Shown here in pieces: positions 28,881 through 38,667 of a stretch of 64,000 bases of DNA. Source of the DNA: an uncultured Candidatus Saccharibacteria bacterium. GTDB taxonomy: Bacteria > Patescibacteriota > Saccharimonadia > Saccharimonadales > Saccharimonadaceae. Position 1 is the stretch's first letter; every line of letters starts with the position of its first letter. The DNA lies in assembly GCA_963717595.1 (NCBI GenBank), contig CAVQWH010000001.1:470266-534265 (forward strand), in the 5' to 3' direction. Under the pieces are notes generated by a model that made no database searches, had not been told where the DNA came from, and saw only the letters and a program-made list of their open reading frames with translations. The position numbers and the translations under genes were made by a program.

Positions 28881-29411
28881 TTATTTTACAAAAGCTCTCT
28901 TAACGGCTGCAAATGTCGGCTCATCGTAAGCTACAAAGCTTTTTATTTTGTTGCCGGAGTTATCTACCTTAACAAAAGTAGTCTGAATGGTTACGCCATA
29001 GCGTTTACGAAGTGCTTGATTTGAATCGTAGTCAACCTTAAATATTGTCAGATTATCGGGCAGGTTGCTATTTTTGATACTCTTATCGGTTGCTCGACAC
29101 TGGGGGCACCACGGTGCATAAAAGAATAAAATTTTGGTACCACTGGCTTTAGCTAAGGCTTCTTTAGAATAGTCAATATATCTTCCAGGCACATTATTGG
29201 CGACCTTGGTGGTTTTTTCGGGCTGAGATGTGGATTCTTGTTTTGGTAAATTTGGAGAGTTATCAGCCTGGGATTTAGTTTGCTGAGAGTCGGTAGGCTT
29301 AGAGCTATTAAGGTAAATATACAATCCGCCGCCAAGTATACAGGCAATGATTATTACGCTAATTACTATCCGTTTTTTACCCATGCGTTTATTATACAGC
29401 TTTGAGCGCAC
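28881..29411 (-). CDS. membrane-anchored thioredoxin-like protein
   Basis: TM anchor followed by a WCPQC active site. Confidence 0.8.
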   Translation of the reverse strand: MRSKLYNKRMGKKRIVISVIIIACILGGGLYIYLNSSKPTDSQQTKSQADNSPNLPKQESTSQPEKTTKVANNVPGRYIDYSKEALAKASGTKILFFYAPWCPQCRATDKSIKNSNLPDNLTIFKVDYDSNQALRKRYGVTIQTTFVKVDNSGNKIKSFVAYDEPTFAAVKRAFVK

Positions 29412-29434
29412 CTACTGTATTTAACAGGTATTAT

Positions 29435-29463
29435 TTGACTAATAAAAGTCTTTATGCTAATAT
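29435..29463 (+). promoter_or_regulatory. sigma70-like promoter (TTGACT-17-TAATAT) with about 100-nt leader
   Basis: TTGACT at 29435-29440, a 17-nt spacer, then TAATAT at 29458-29463, upstream of the DEAD-box helicase gene. Confidence 0.45.
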
Positions 29464-29564
29464 AAAACTAGTTATTTTTATGAATCCGGGTTCGTGACAC
29501 TTATTTACTCGATTTCATTCCAATAATCGACTAAATAAATTAAAACGAAAAGGATTCTTTTTTA

Positions 29565-30764
29565 ATGTCTAAATATTCAACCTATTCTTCACGCTTTGCT
29601 AATCGTGGCCGCTATAATAAAAAGCCTAAATACGGTAGCTATAAGCGTACAACTAATAAGCAAACTATACATCCAAGTAAGTTTGTAAAATCTGCTACAG
29701 AAACAGAACGCAAAGTTTATGAGCCAATGTATAATTTTGCAGACTTTAATTTGCATGATTTACTTAAACAAAATATTCTTGACCGAGGCTTTACGGCTCC
29801 TTCACCTATTCAAGACCAAGCGATTCCGCTCGGGCTTGAAGGCAGGGATGTAATTGGTGTTGCCAATACTGGCACAGGCAAAACTGTAGCGTTTGCTTTG
29901 CCAACTCTTAACAAACTTATCGACAACAAGGAAAGTCGAGCTTTAATTATTGCACCGACCCGAGAGTTAGCTCAACAAATTGAAGCTGAGTGTAAGACAT
30001 TTGCAAAAAACAGCGGCCTTACAGGCGCTTTGCTAATCGGCGGCTCTTCAATGTCGACCCAGTTACGCGATCTGCGCTTTAAACCGCGTATTGTAATTGG
30101 CACTCCGGGACGAATGAAAGATCATGTTGAACGTGGAACGTTAGATTTATCTAAATTTAACATAGTAGTTTTAGACGAAGTTGATCGTATGGTAGATATG
30201 GGATTTATCAATGATATGCGCTTTTTGCTTGGAAAATTAGCATCTAAGCATCAGTCATTCTTTTTTTCTGCTACGGTCGACAGTAAAGTAAAAAGCCTAA
30301 TAGCTAACTTTGCTCACGATCCAGTGACTATTTCTGTAGTAGAAGGTAATACTAGCGACAACGTTGAGCAAGATGTAGTTCGCTATAACCATTCAGCTGA
30401 GAAATTAGATAAACTACATGACTTACTAATTAAAGAGGAAGTTAAAAAGATTTTAGTATTTGATGAAACTCAGCGAAGAGTTGAAAAGTTATCCAAAGAC
30501 TTAAAAGCTCGTGGTTTTAGTACTGATGCAATACATGGTGGCAAAACTCAAGGTCATCGTAAGCGTGCGCTGGATCGCTTCAAAAGAAATGACGTTGAAG
30601 TATTGGTTGCAACTGATGTTGCAGCCAGGGGTATTGACGTTGCCGATGTTACACATGTAATTAACTACTCTACGCCAAATACTTACGATGACTATGTGCA
30701 CCGTATTGGCCGTGCCGGTCGGGCTGGGCGCAAAGGTTATGCCTTTACTTTTGTTAATAGCTAG
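29565..30764 (+). CDS. DEAD-box (DEVD variant) ATP-dependent RNA helicase
   Basis: Q motif, ANTGTGKT, PTRELA, DEVD, SAT, HRIGRAGRAG. Confidence 0.9.
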   Translation: MSKYSTYSSRFANRGRYNKKPKYGSYKRTTNKQTIHPSKFVKSATETERKVYEPMYNFADFNLHDLLKQNILDRGFTAPSPIQDQAIPLGLEGRDVIGVANTGTGKTVAFALPTLNKLIDNKESRALIIAPTRELAQQIEAECKTFAKNSGLTGALLIGGSSMSTQLRDLRFKPRIVIGTPGRMKDHVERGTLDLSKFNIVVLDEVDRMVDMGFINDMRFLLGKLASKHQSFFFSATVDSKVKSLIANFAHDPVTISVVEGNTSDNVEQDVVRYNHSAEKLDKLHDLLIKEEVKKILVFDETQRRVEKLSKDLKARGFSTDAIHGGKTQGHRKRALDRFKRNDVEVLVATDVAARGIDVADVTHVINYSTPNTYDDYVHRIGRAGRAGRKGYAFTFVNS

Positions 30765-30922
30765 GTCTCCTAGTAGGTGATAGATATACCAATTGATTGA
30801 TACGCCTAGTTACTACTAGGAGAAAGAAAACACAGACAGCCGCTGTTGTCTGGCTTTCTTTCTCCCGGGTTATCACCTCTTTAAGGTTTACCCTGTGAAC
30901 ATTTGGTTTGTTGCTTTATGCT

Positions 30923-31802
30923 CTAGCCTACGGGGCTTATCCCAGTTAGGCGTCTTGAAAGCTCACGGTAGCCCTCTGCGGTGCGATTAATGACCTCCAC
31001 GGGAACTGACGGAGCGGGCTCTCTTTTGTTCCATGGCTGGGAACGGATGTGTTCCACTATTGGCTGATGAGTCATGGAAATCGGCGGTTGGCCTACCTCG
31101 TGATCCTCCTCTCGCATATAAAGTGATGAGTCAGGTGACAGAGTACTACCGGCGAAAGTGATTTCGCCTGATCGGTCATACCCAAACTCAAAACTTGCAC
31201 ACACCAGGAGGATACCTTTCTTCGCCGCGTATTTCGCCGCCACTTCGTAAACCTCAATACTCTTACTGAGAGCCTTACGCGCCACGCTACGATATCCCAG
31301 CTCCTGCCACACTTCTTCAAAATCGATCCTCTGGTAGGAACCTGGAGTTAGCGTGTCGTATGCTGAGACCAGGGGTTTTGGAAGCTTATCCATCTCCTGT
31401 AGGTGAGGCGGCAAGATGCCATTGTTTATCTGGCCACTTTTTTGATATTCCAGCCACCCTGGGCCGGTCAGCCAACCTTGGACTACCACCTCTACTGGTA
31501 TTAGATTTAGCTTTCTAATTAGCAAAGACTTTCCGGCTGGGACCCCTCTTGGCATTCGGCTCATATGGATCCTTGGTCATGCCAAAACTTGAGTCGGCAT
31601 CATCCCAGCGACCGGGCTCTTGTACGCCCAGTACTCCTGTAGATGGGTGGACACTTTTCCCTTACCAGGGATAGTTTGGTCTAAAACTACTCCACAGATT
31701 GCCAAACGATCTGAGGCCACCGCCAGTAAAGCAGCTGGGTTCCTCGGTTCCGAAGATGTCGTTTACCTTACCGCGGAACAGTTTTTCCGGAGCTTTCCCC
31801 AC
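30923..31802 (-). pseudogene. purC: decayed long-form SAICAR synthetase (purC) homolog, GC-rich
   Basis: Three collinear pieces on the minus strand: KLFRGKVNDIFGTEE (from GTG 31802); after a frameshift near 31731-31745, LLAVASDRLAICGVVLDQTIPGKGKV...; then an in-frame TGA (31577-31579) followed by track ORF 30923..31564 (IPVEVVVQGWLTGPGW ... SFEFG ... LSPDSS). Conserved residues are degraded (VVRGY to VVQGW, ISAFD to LAICG). Confidence 0.7.
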
Positions 31803-31976
31803 GAGAATTTCCCCTTTAGTCGATTTTCTGTCAAGAATTCAATGCCGCAATGTACTAAACAACCTCTTGTTCAATAGACGAGATATTACCACTTTCTATA
31901 ATAAAAGTAAAATATAAAACAAACTCACTAAGACAATAAGCATTTGCTTACTAGAGTTACGGTATACTAAAAACAT

Positions 31977-32858
31977 ATGAAGCCTGAGAAATTGAAGCCT
32001 GGTAATTATGTGGTTGCAGTTTCGGGTGGTGTAGATTCGGTTGTACTACTGGATTTATTATCCCGCCAGAAAGATCTGAACCTGACGATTGCACACTTCG
32101 ATCATGGTATTCGTGAGGACTCGTATAAAGATGCGAAGTTTGTTGAAGGTTTGGCTAAAAACTACCAACTGCCACTTGTAAGTAAGGTTGTAAGTTTGGG
32201 CAAAAATACTAGCGAAGAAAAAGCAAGGGACGCACGCTATAAATTTTTGCGCAAAGTCGCAAAAGACAGTAATGCTAAACTGGCTTTAGCCCATCATCAA
32301 GATGATGTTTTAGAAACTATCATAATTAATCTTTTGCGCGGCACGGGCTGGCGTGGCCTAAGTTCTCTTCGCAGCACAGAAGAGACGCCCAGGCCACTTC
32401 TAGAATTTAGTAAGCAAAATATTTTAAACTATGCCAACAAGCACAAACTGAAGTGGAGAGAAGATCCAACTAATCAAGACACTAAATATTTACGTAATTA
32501 TGTGCGCCTTAAAATATTACCTAGGTTCAACAAAGAAAGCAGAGAAAGCCTTGTTAAATTACACTACAACCAGGTGGCAGTATTTGGTAAAATAAATGCA
32601 GAAGGCAAAAAGCTGTTAGGTAAGTGGCGTAACTCCTCAGGGGCTTATCGTCGCCATCATTTCATTATGTGTGATGATTCGATAGCGCTAGAGTTACTTA
32701 AAATTGAACTGGGCGCTGTGCAATCTCAGCTAAAGCTAGCTCTTCTAGCCATTAAGACCGCTAAGCCTGGATCTAAACACGTATTAAATCGTGATGTGGT
32801 TTTGGAGTTTACGCCTAATACTTTTATTGTCTCGCGTACCACAGACATGGTAAGCTAA
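31977..32858 (+). CDS. tilS: tRNA(Ile)-lysidine synthase
   Basis: PP-loop VAVSGGVDSVVLL; 293 aa. Confidence 0.85.
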   Translation: MKPEKLKPGNYVVAVSGGVDSVVLLDLLSRQKDLNLTIAHFDHGIREDSYKDAKFVEGLAKNYQLPLVSKVVSLGKNTSEEKARDARYKFLRKVAKDSNAKLALAHHQDDVLETIIINLLRGTGWRGLSSLRSTEETPRPLLEFSKQNILNYANKHKLKWREDPTNQDTKYLRNYVRLKILPRFNKESRESLVKLHYNQVAVFGKINAEGKKLLGKWRNSSGAYRRHHFIMCDDSIALELLKIELGAVQSQLKLALLAIKTAKPGSKHVLNRDVVLEFTPNTFIVSRTTDMVS

Positions 32859-32905
32859 TAAAGCTATATTTTTAAGGATTAAAATCAGGAATTATAAAGA
32901 GTTGT

Positions 32906-34768
32906 ATGCCGATTAAGAAACCCTCAAACAAGAAACGACCGAGCAATTGGATCCGCACCAGTCTATTTTGGGCAGTGTTGGTTTTCTTTGTGTTGGCAGT
33001 AGTTGCATTTGTTTCACCACCTAAAAACCTAAAGACAGTCCCTCTTTCTCAGGTTACTAATGAAGCGAATAATGGTCAGATTTCTAAACTTGAACTTCAA
33101 GGTGACACCATTATGGTGACTCCTAAAGGTAAAAATCATGCTACGGAGCAGTCTTATAAAGAAAGTGGCAGCAGCATTTATGAACAAGGCTTAAGTCATA
33201 AAGCCAATGTGGAGGTCTCCGTAAAGCAGCCATCTGGAACCGGCGCAGCCATTTGGAATATTGCTAGCATATTACTACCGACTATTTTGATTGCAGCTCT
33301 ATTTTTCTTCTTGTTTCGTCAGGCACAAGGCCAAAGCAACCAAGCACTTGGCTTTGGTCGCAGTAAAGCCAAGCTCTATGGCAGTGATAAAAAAAGAGTA
33401 GTCTTTGGCGAAATTGCCGGTACTCATGAAGCAAAAGAAGATTTGCACGAAGTAGTAGACTTCTTAAAACATCCGAAAAAATTCTCTAATGTAGGGGCTA
33501 AAATTCCTAAAGGAGTGCTTTTGGTTGGCCGTCCGGGAACCGGTAAAACCATGCTAGCCCGGGCCGTGGCAGGCGAGGCCAATGTTCCATTCTTTACTAT
33601 TTCTGGTTCTGAATTTGTTGAAATGTTTGTTGGCGTAGGTGCCAGCCGAGTACGGGATTTGTTTACTAAAGCTAAGAAAAATGCACCTTGCATTGTGTTT
33701 ATTGACGAGATTGATGCTGTGGGGCGTCGCCGTGGCAGCGGAATGGGCGGAGGCCACGATGAACGCGAGCAAACTTTGAATCAGATTTTAGTTGAAATGG
33801 ATGGCTTTGAGCAAGACACAAATGTAATAATCCTTGCGGCTACCAACCGTGCAGATGTACTTGATCCAGCTTTGTTGAGGCCGGGCCGCTTTGACAGGCG
33901 CGTTACTATCAGTTTACCTGAGCGAAAAGATCGAGAAGAAATTTTAAATATTCATTTTAAAGATAAGCCGATTAATAAATCAGTTAATATTGATGCTTTG
34001 GCGGCCAAGACTGCTGGTTCAAGCGGAGCGGATCTTGCTAATATCGCTAATGAAGCGGCTATTGTTGCAGCGCGGCATAACCGTAAAGAGATTAATAACC
34101 AAGATGTAACTGAGGCTTTTGAGAAGGTCGCAATAGGTCCGGCTCGAAAAACTAAGATTATGAGTCCAGAAGACAAAGAGCTAACAGCCTACCACGAAGC
34201 TGGCCATGCCATAGTTGGCCATGTCTTGCCAGATAGTGATCCAGTACATAAAGTAACTATTATTCCAAGAGGTGGAACTGGTGGTGTTACGTGGTTTCTG
34301 CCACCCGAAGACAAGAACTATACTTCTATTGTTGAGTTTAAAGACGTACTGGCTAGGGCTCTAGGGGGCAGGGTTGCAGAAGAGATTATTTATGGCCCAG
34401 ATAGAGTTACCACTGGAGCTGGCAACGATCTAAGAAAGGCCACTGAAATAGCTCGGGATATGGTAATTGAGCAAGGTATGGGTAAAAAACTCCGCGATCA
34501 AGTGTTCCATGAAGATAATGGCGGAATGATGTTTGACAGACTGGTTCGTGAACGGCCATATTCGGATGAAACTGCCCATACTATTGATGAAGAGGTAGAG
34601 GCACTAATTACAGAGGCTGCCAAGCGAGCAAAAGCAGTTATTACTCATAACAGACCATCTCTGAAAAAACTTGCTGAAGACCTTCTTAATAAAGAAACTA
34701 TTGAAGAAGTCGAAGTAAAAGAAATATTAAAAGACGCTACATTGCCTTCCAGCGCCAAGCTGTACTAG
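32906..34768 (+). CDS. ftsH: ATP-dependent zinc metalloprotease FtsH
   Basis: GRPGTGKT Walker A, DEIDA Walker B, HEAGHA zinc site, N-terminal TM helices. Confidence 0.95.
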   Translation: MPIKKPSNKKRPSNWIRTSLFWAVLVFFVLAVVAFVSPPKNLKTVPLSQVTNEANNGQISKLELQGDTIMVTPKGKNHATEQSYKESGSSIYEQGLSHKANVEVSVKQPSGTGAAIWNIASILLPTILIAALFFFLFRQAQGQSNQALGFGRSKAKLYGSDKKRVVFGEIAGTHEAKEDLHEVVDFLKHPKKFSNVGAKIPKGVLLVGRPGTGKTMLARAVAGEANVPFFTISGSEFVEMFVGVGASRVRDLFTKAKKNAPCIVFIDEIDAVGRRRGSGMGGGHDEREQTLNQILVEMDGFEQDTNVIILAATNRADVLDPALLRPGRFDRRVTISLPERKDREEILNIHFKDKPINKSVNIDALAAKTAGSSGADLANIANEAAIVAARHNRKEINNQDVTEAFEKVAIGPARKTKIMSPEDKELTAYHEAGHAIVGHVLPDSDPVHKVTIIPRGGTGGVTWFLPPEDKNYTSIVEFKDVLARALGGRVAEEIIYGPDRVTTGAGNDLRKATEIARDMVIEQGMGKKLRDQVFHEDNGGMMFDRLVRERPYSDETAHTIDEEVEALITEAAKRAKAVITHNRPSLKKLAEDLLNKETIEEVEVKEILKDATLPSSAKLY

Positions 34769-34777
34769 GGGCTACTT

Positions 34778-36409
34778 ATGGGGCGAGTTCAACGCGCGGT
34801 AGCCAAAGCAAACCAGCGAGTACCGTTGCAGCTAGCTGCTGCGCTACTGGCAGGCTCAACCTTATTCTCCAGCTTACTGGGATTATTTCGTGACCGTCTT
34901 CTTAATGCGGCCTACTACGACACTTATCCAGTAGGAATTGATGCCTATACCGTAGCTTTTACGATTCCAGATTTCATGTTTTTCTTACTGGTTTCCGGTG
35001 CTTTAAGCGTAACTTTTATCCCTGTTTTAAATGAACGGTTAGCTAGCAATAATAAAAAGTCTGCTTGGGAGCTTAGTACTAGTCTTATAAACTTTATGGC
35101 ATTGGCTACTCTTGTAGCCAGTATATTAATTATTATTTTTGCTGATCCCTTAGTAAGTTATGTAGTGGGGCCTGGGCTGGATGAATCGGGTCATGAGTTA
35201 GCAGTCAGTATGATGCGGGTAATTGCTATAAATCCCTTTTTATTTGCTATTGCTACTGTTATCGCTAGTATGCAGCAGGCGGTAGGGCGGTTTGTTTTCT
35301 ATGCCTTAGCGCCAGCTATTTACAATATTGGTATCATCATAGGTATTACCGTTTTTTCCAACGGAATTTCTCTGTTTGGGGTGCAAATTTTTGAAGGCGG
35401 TATTATGGGGGTAGCGCTTGGGGTAGTACTAGGCTCTATAATGCAGCTAATAGTCAGTAGCATCGGTCTGATTGGTATGGGATTTGACTATAAATTCAAA
35501 GTTTACTGGAAAAACAAAGGTTTCCGCAAGGTGTTGCACCTTTTGCCTCCTAGATCTTTTGACCAAGGTATAGACTACTTCAACAGTTTAGTAGAAACAA
35601 ATTTAGCCTCTCGTATGGTGGCAGGAACGGTTCGTGCTTACCAACAGGCTACTACTCTGCACCTTGTGCCGGTTACACTAATCGGGGTAGCGATTTCTAC
35701 TGCTGCTTTCCCCAAGATGACTGAGCGTCTTGGTCAAGGCAGGCCTGATTTATTTCGTAAAGAGCTGCAAACGATCTTAAGGGTAATTATTTGGCTAGCC
35801 TTGCCTACGGCTATGGTCACTTACTTTACTAGGGGTTATTTGGTGCACTTTATAAAAAACGGAGGCGAACCTCTGATTGCAGGAATTTTAGGAATATTAT
35901 CAGTTGCTATACTATTTCGCTCTGTTTATCACATTTCTGCCCGTAGTTTTTATGCTAAGCAGGATACTAAAACACCCCTGTATATATCAATTGGAACTAT
36001 TAGTTTAAATATAGCGTTGGCGGTATATTTTACCACACGCCTTAACATGGGAGCTTATGGTTTAGCCTGGGCTCAATCAATAGTTGCAGGAGTAGAAGTT
36101 TTAGCTCTGTTTACTATCATGAGCAGACGAATTCACGGCCTATTTAATGCGGTATTTATACACGCTGTAGCACGCATGCTATCAGCTACAGGGTTTACGG
36201 CCCTTATCACCTATGTATCTGTTAATATATTTTCATTCAAAGCTACTGACCAAAGTTTTTTGGCTGCCTTTCCAAAGTTTGTAGCTATTGTAACTATTAG
36301 TCTTATATCTTACACACTTATCAGTAAACTGCTAGGTTTGGGTGAGGCTAATGCAGTATCTAGTAGAGTAATGAAAGTTATATTTAAGCCCTATCAGCCT
36401 AAAAATTAA
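34778..36409 (+). CDS. murJ: lipid II flippase MurJ (MviN family)
   Basis: 543 aa with about 14 TM helices and an N-terminal LLGLFRDRLLNAAY pattern. Confidence 0.8.
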   Translation: MGRVQRAVAKANQRVPLQLAAALLAGSTLFSSLLGLFRDRLLNAAYYDTYPVGIDAYTVAFTIPDFMFFLLVSGALSVTFIPVLNERLASNNKKSAWELSTSLINFMALATLVASILIIIFADPLVSYVVGPGLDESGHELAVSMMRVIAINPFLFAIATVIASMQQAVGRFVFYALAPAIYNIGIIIGITVFSNGISLFGVQIFEGGIMGVALGVVLGSIMQLIVSSIGLIGMGFDYKFKVYWKNKGFRKVLHLLPPRSFDQGIDYFNSLVETNLASRMVAGTVRAYQQATTLHLVPVTLIGVAISTAAFPKMTERLGQGRPDLFRKELQTILRVIIWLALPTAMVTYFTRGYLVHFIKNGGEPLIAGILGILSVAILFRSVYHISARSFYAKQDTKTPLYISIGTISLNIALAVYFTTRLNMGAYGLAWAQSIVAGVEVLALFTIMSRRIHGLFNAVFIHAVARMLSATGFTALITYVSVNIFSFKATDQSFLAAFPKFVAIVTISLISYTLISKLLGLGEANAVSSRVMKVIFKPYQPKN

Positions 36410-36414
36410 GCCTT

Positions 36415-38184
36415 ATGAAAATTCGTAATTTTTGCATTATTGCCCATATCGACCACGGTAAAAGCACCTTAGCCGACAGATTATTGGAGCTTACAAACAC
36501 GGTAGCTGGCCGTGATATGCAAGCTCAGATATTAGATCAGATGGAGCTAGAGCGAGAAAAGGGTATAACCATTAAGCTTCAGCCAGTTAGGATGCGATAC
36601 AAAGGCTATGATTTTAATCTTATAGATACTCCTGGGCACGTTGACTTCAGTTATGAAGTGTCACGCAGCTTAGCTGCCTGCGAAGGGGCTATTTTAGTGG
36701 TAGATGCCAGTCAGGGTATCCAGGCTCAAACCTTGGCGAATGTTTATCTGGCTTTGGCTGCAGATTTAGCTATTATCCCTGTTATTAATAAGATTGATTT
36801 ACCTGCTGCAGATGTGAAACGGGTTTCAGCAGAAATTACTAACCTTTTAGGATGTAAAGAGTCTGAAATTATAAAAATCAGCGCTAAAACTGGCGAAGGC
36901 GTTCCAGGGGTACTTGAGGCTATAGTTAGTAAAGTTTCTCCTCCAAAGGGAGACGAAAATGCACACCCACGTGCCCTGATTTTTGATAGTTACTATGACG
37001 ATTACAGAGGTGTGATTCTTTATACCCGAGTAGTTGATGGCGTAATAAAAAAAGATGACGTTATAAAAATGCTCGGTACAGAGGCGGAAGGCCTGGCTTT
37101 AGAGGTTGGAGCTCTTTCTCCTCAGATGAAAGCCAGTGAACAACTTAATACTGGTGAAATTGGCTATATTGTTACCAACTTAAAAACTACCCGTGATGCT
37201 AAGGTGGGTGACACCGTTACTACTAAAAAAAACTCTGCCAAGACTCCCCTGCCAGGTTATAAAGATGTAAGCCCTTTTGTTTTTGCTGGCTTTTTCCCTG
37301 TTAGTAACGAAAAGTATCAAGAATTAAAAGAGGCGGTGGAAAAGCTTAGTTTAAGTGATTCAGCTCTTCAGTTTGAGCCTGAAAATTCACCGGTGTTAGG
37401 CTTTGGAGTAAGAATCGGCTTTTTAGGCCTCTTGCATATGGATATTGTACGCGAGCGGCTTGAGAGAGAATACAACTTAGATTTGGTAGTAACTAATCCT
37501 TCTACAGACTATCAAGTAATAATGACCTCTGGGGAAGAAATTGATGTCAAAAGCGCCTCTGATTTGCCAGACGTTAGTAAAATAACTGAAATTAAAGAAC
37601 CTTGGATAAAAGGTGAAATAGTAGTGCCTAAGCCTTATGTTGGCGGGGTAATTCAGTTAATAGTAGCCAAGAGAGGAATGCAAAAGAACCTCAGTTATAT
37701 AGACGAACGAGCCCTCGTTAGCTTCGAAGCACCTCTGGCTAATCTGTTAACAGACTTTTATGATCAGCTAAAATCAATTACTAGCGGCTATGGTTCTTTT
37801 AACTATGAACTTAGTAGCTATAAGGCTGAAGACTTGGTTAGAGTTGATTTCTATGTAGCAGGCGAAATAGTGGATGCTCTATCTGTTATGGTTCACCGTT
37901 CTGAGGCTGAGAGCTTAGGGCGTGAAACTGTTAAAAAGCTTAAAGAAGTTATTCCTAAGCAGAACTTCAAAGTGGCTTTGCAAGCAGCTATAGGGGGTAG
38001 ATTTATTGCTAGAGAAGACCTTAGTGCTTATAGAAAAGATGTCACCACAGGACTTTACGGGGGTGACGTTAGCCGTAAAAAGAAGGTACTAGCCAAGCAG
38101 GCAAAAGGTAAAAAACGCATGAAACGCTTCGGAAAAGTAGATATACCTTCAGAGGCTTTTACAGTTATGCTTAGACGCGACTAA
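36415..38184 (+). CDS. lepA: elongation factor 4
   Basis: IAHIDHGKST, DTPGH, NKID GTPase motifs and a LepA C-terminal domain. Confidence 0.95.
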   Translation: MKIRNFCIIAHIDHGKSTLADRLLELTNTVAGRDMQAQILDQMELEREKGITIKLQPVRMRYKGYDFNLIDTPGHVDFSYEVSRSLAACEGAILVVDASQGIQAQTLANVYLALAADLAIIPVINKIDLPAADVKRVSAEITNLLGCKESEIIKISAKTGEGVPGVLEAIVSKVSPPKGDENAHPRALIFDSYYDDYRGVILYTRVVDGVIKKDDVIKMLGTEAEGLALEVGALSPQMKASEQLNTGEIGYIVTNLKTTRDAKVGDTVTTKKNSAKTPLPGYKDVSPFVFAGFFPVSNEKYQELKEAVEKLSLSDSALQFEPENSPVLGFGVRIGFLGLLHMDIVRERLEREYNLDLVVTNPSTDYQVIMTSGEEIDVKSASDLPDVSKITEIKEPWIKGEIVVPKPYVGGVIQLIVAKRGMQKNLSYIDERALVSFEAPLANLLTDFYDQLKSITSGYGSFNYELSSYKAEDLVRVDFYVAGEIVDALSVMVHRSEAESLGRETVKKLKEVIPKQNFKVALQAAIGGRFIAREDLSAYRKDVTTGLYGGDVSRKKKVLAKQAKGKKRMKRFGKVDIPSEAFTVMLRRD

Positions 38185-38259
38185 TATGCGTAAAGTCTCC
38201 CCTATAAGAGGTATAATTTGTAAAAAGCTTGTGTTTTTGTATTTTTATTGTAGAAACTA

Positions 38260-38288
38260 TTGACAGAACATACTGGTTGTGATAATAT
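38260..38288 (+). promoter_or_regulatory. near-consensus sigma70-like promoter (TTGACA-17-TAATAT)
   Basis: TTGACA at 38260-38265, a 17-nt spacer, then TAATAT at 38283-38288. Confidence 0.5.
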
Positions 38289-38362
38289 TAAGATAATCAA
38301 TCGAGGTTGAGGTGGAACTTTTCCCCGAGCGAGAGGTACGTTAACAACTCGGCTTAGCAAAT

Positions 38363-38391
38363 TTAAGAGGGAAACCTCTTAAACGGTTTTT
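38363..38391 (+). terminator. terminator/attenuator hairpin with GAAA tetraloop and U-tract inside the leader
   Basis: ttaagagg (38363-38370) GAAA cctcttaa (38375-38382), then acgg and ttttt (38387-38391). It is nested inside a gttaacaa/ttgttaac outer stem. Confidence 0.45.
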
Positions 38392-38413
38392 AGTTTGTTA
38401 ACGTAAATCAACG

Positions 38414-38441
38414 CAAACTAGATAGTCATGGGTCTTTAAGG
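38414..38441. repeat. left arm of an inverted repeat bracketing the GC-rich cassette
   Basis: caaactagatagtcat-ggg-tctttaagg. This is the reverse complement of 40134-40162. Confidence 0.8.
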
Positions 38442-38667
38442 CGTATTGAGCTTTATAACTCTGCGAGTGACCCAAGACAACCGACTACATTTATTTAGAT
38501 CAGTTCGTTGCTTAAGATGATTTGAGCAGAGCAGTTTGATGACAGGTGCGTCGCCAAGCTGTTCTGCTCAAAGAGTGAAGTTTACTCTGCGAGTGAACTA
38601 CGGCATCGGATTGATCACCCGGTGCCGAATACTTTATCCGATCACAAACGAAAGGAAGGTGATTACC

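Noticed and set aside
31577-31579. The in-frame TGA in the purC remnant as a sign of TGA recoding (as in some CPR lineages)
   Set aside because: TGA clearly terminates ordinary genes here (for example tpiA at 43348-43350 and the ORF ending at 9709-9711). The same gene also carries a frameshift and degraded motifs, so decay is the simpler reading.
31620-31917. Plus-strand ORFs 31620..31877 and 31699..31917
   Set aside because: They lie antisense to the N-terminal pieces of the purC pseudogene. The minus-strand translation has clear PurC homology.
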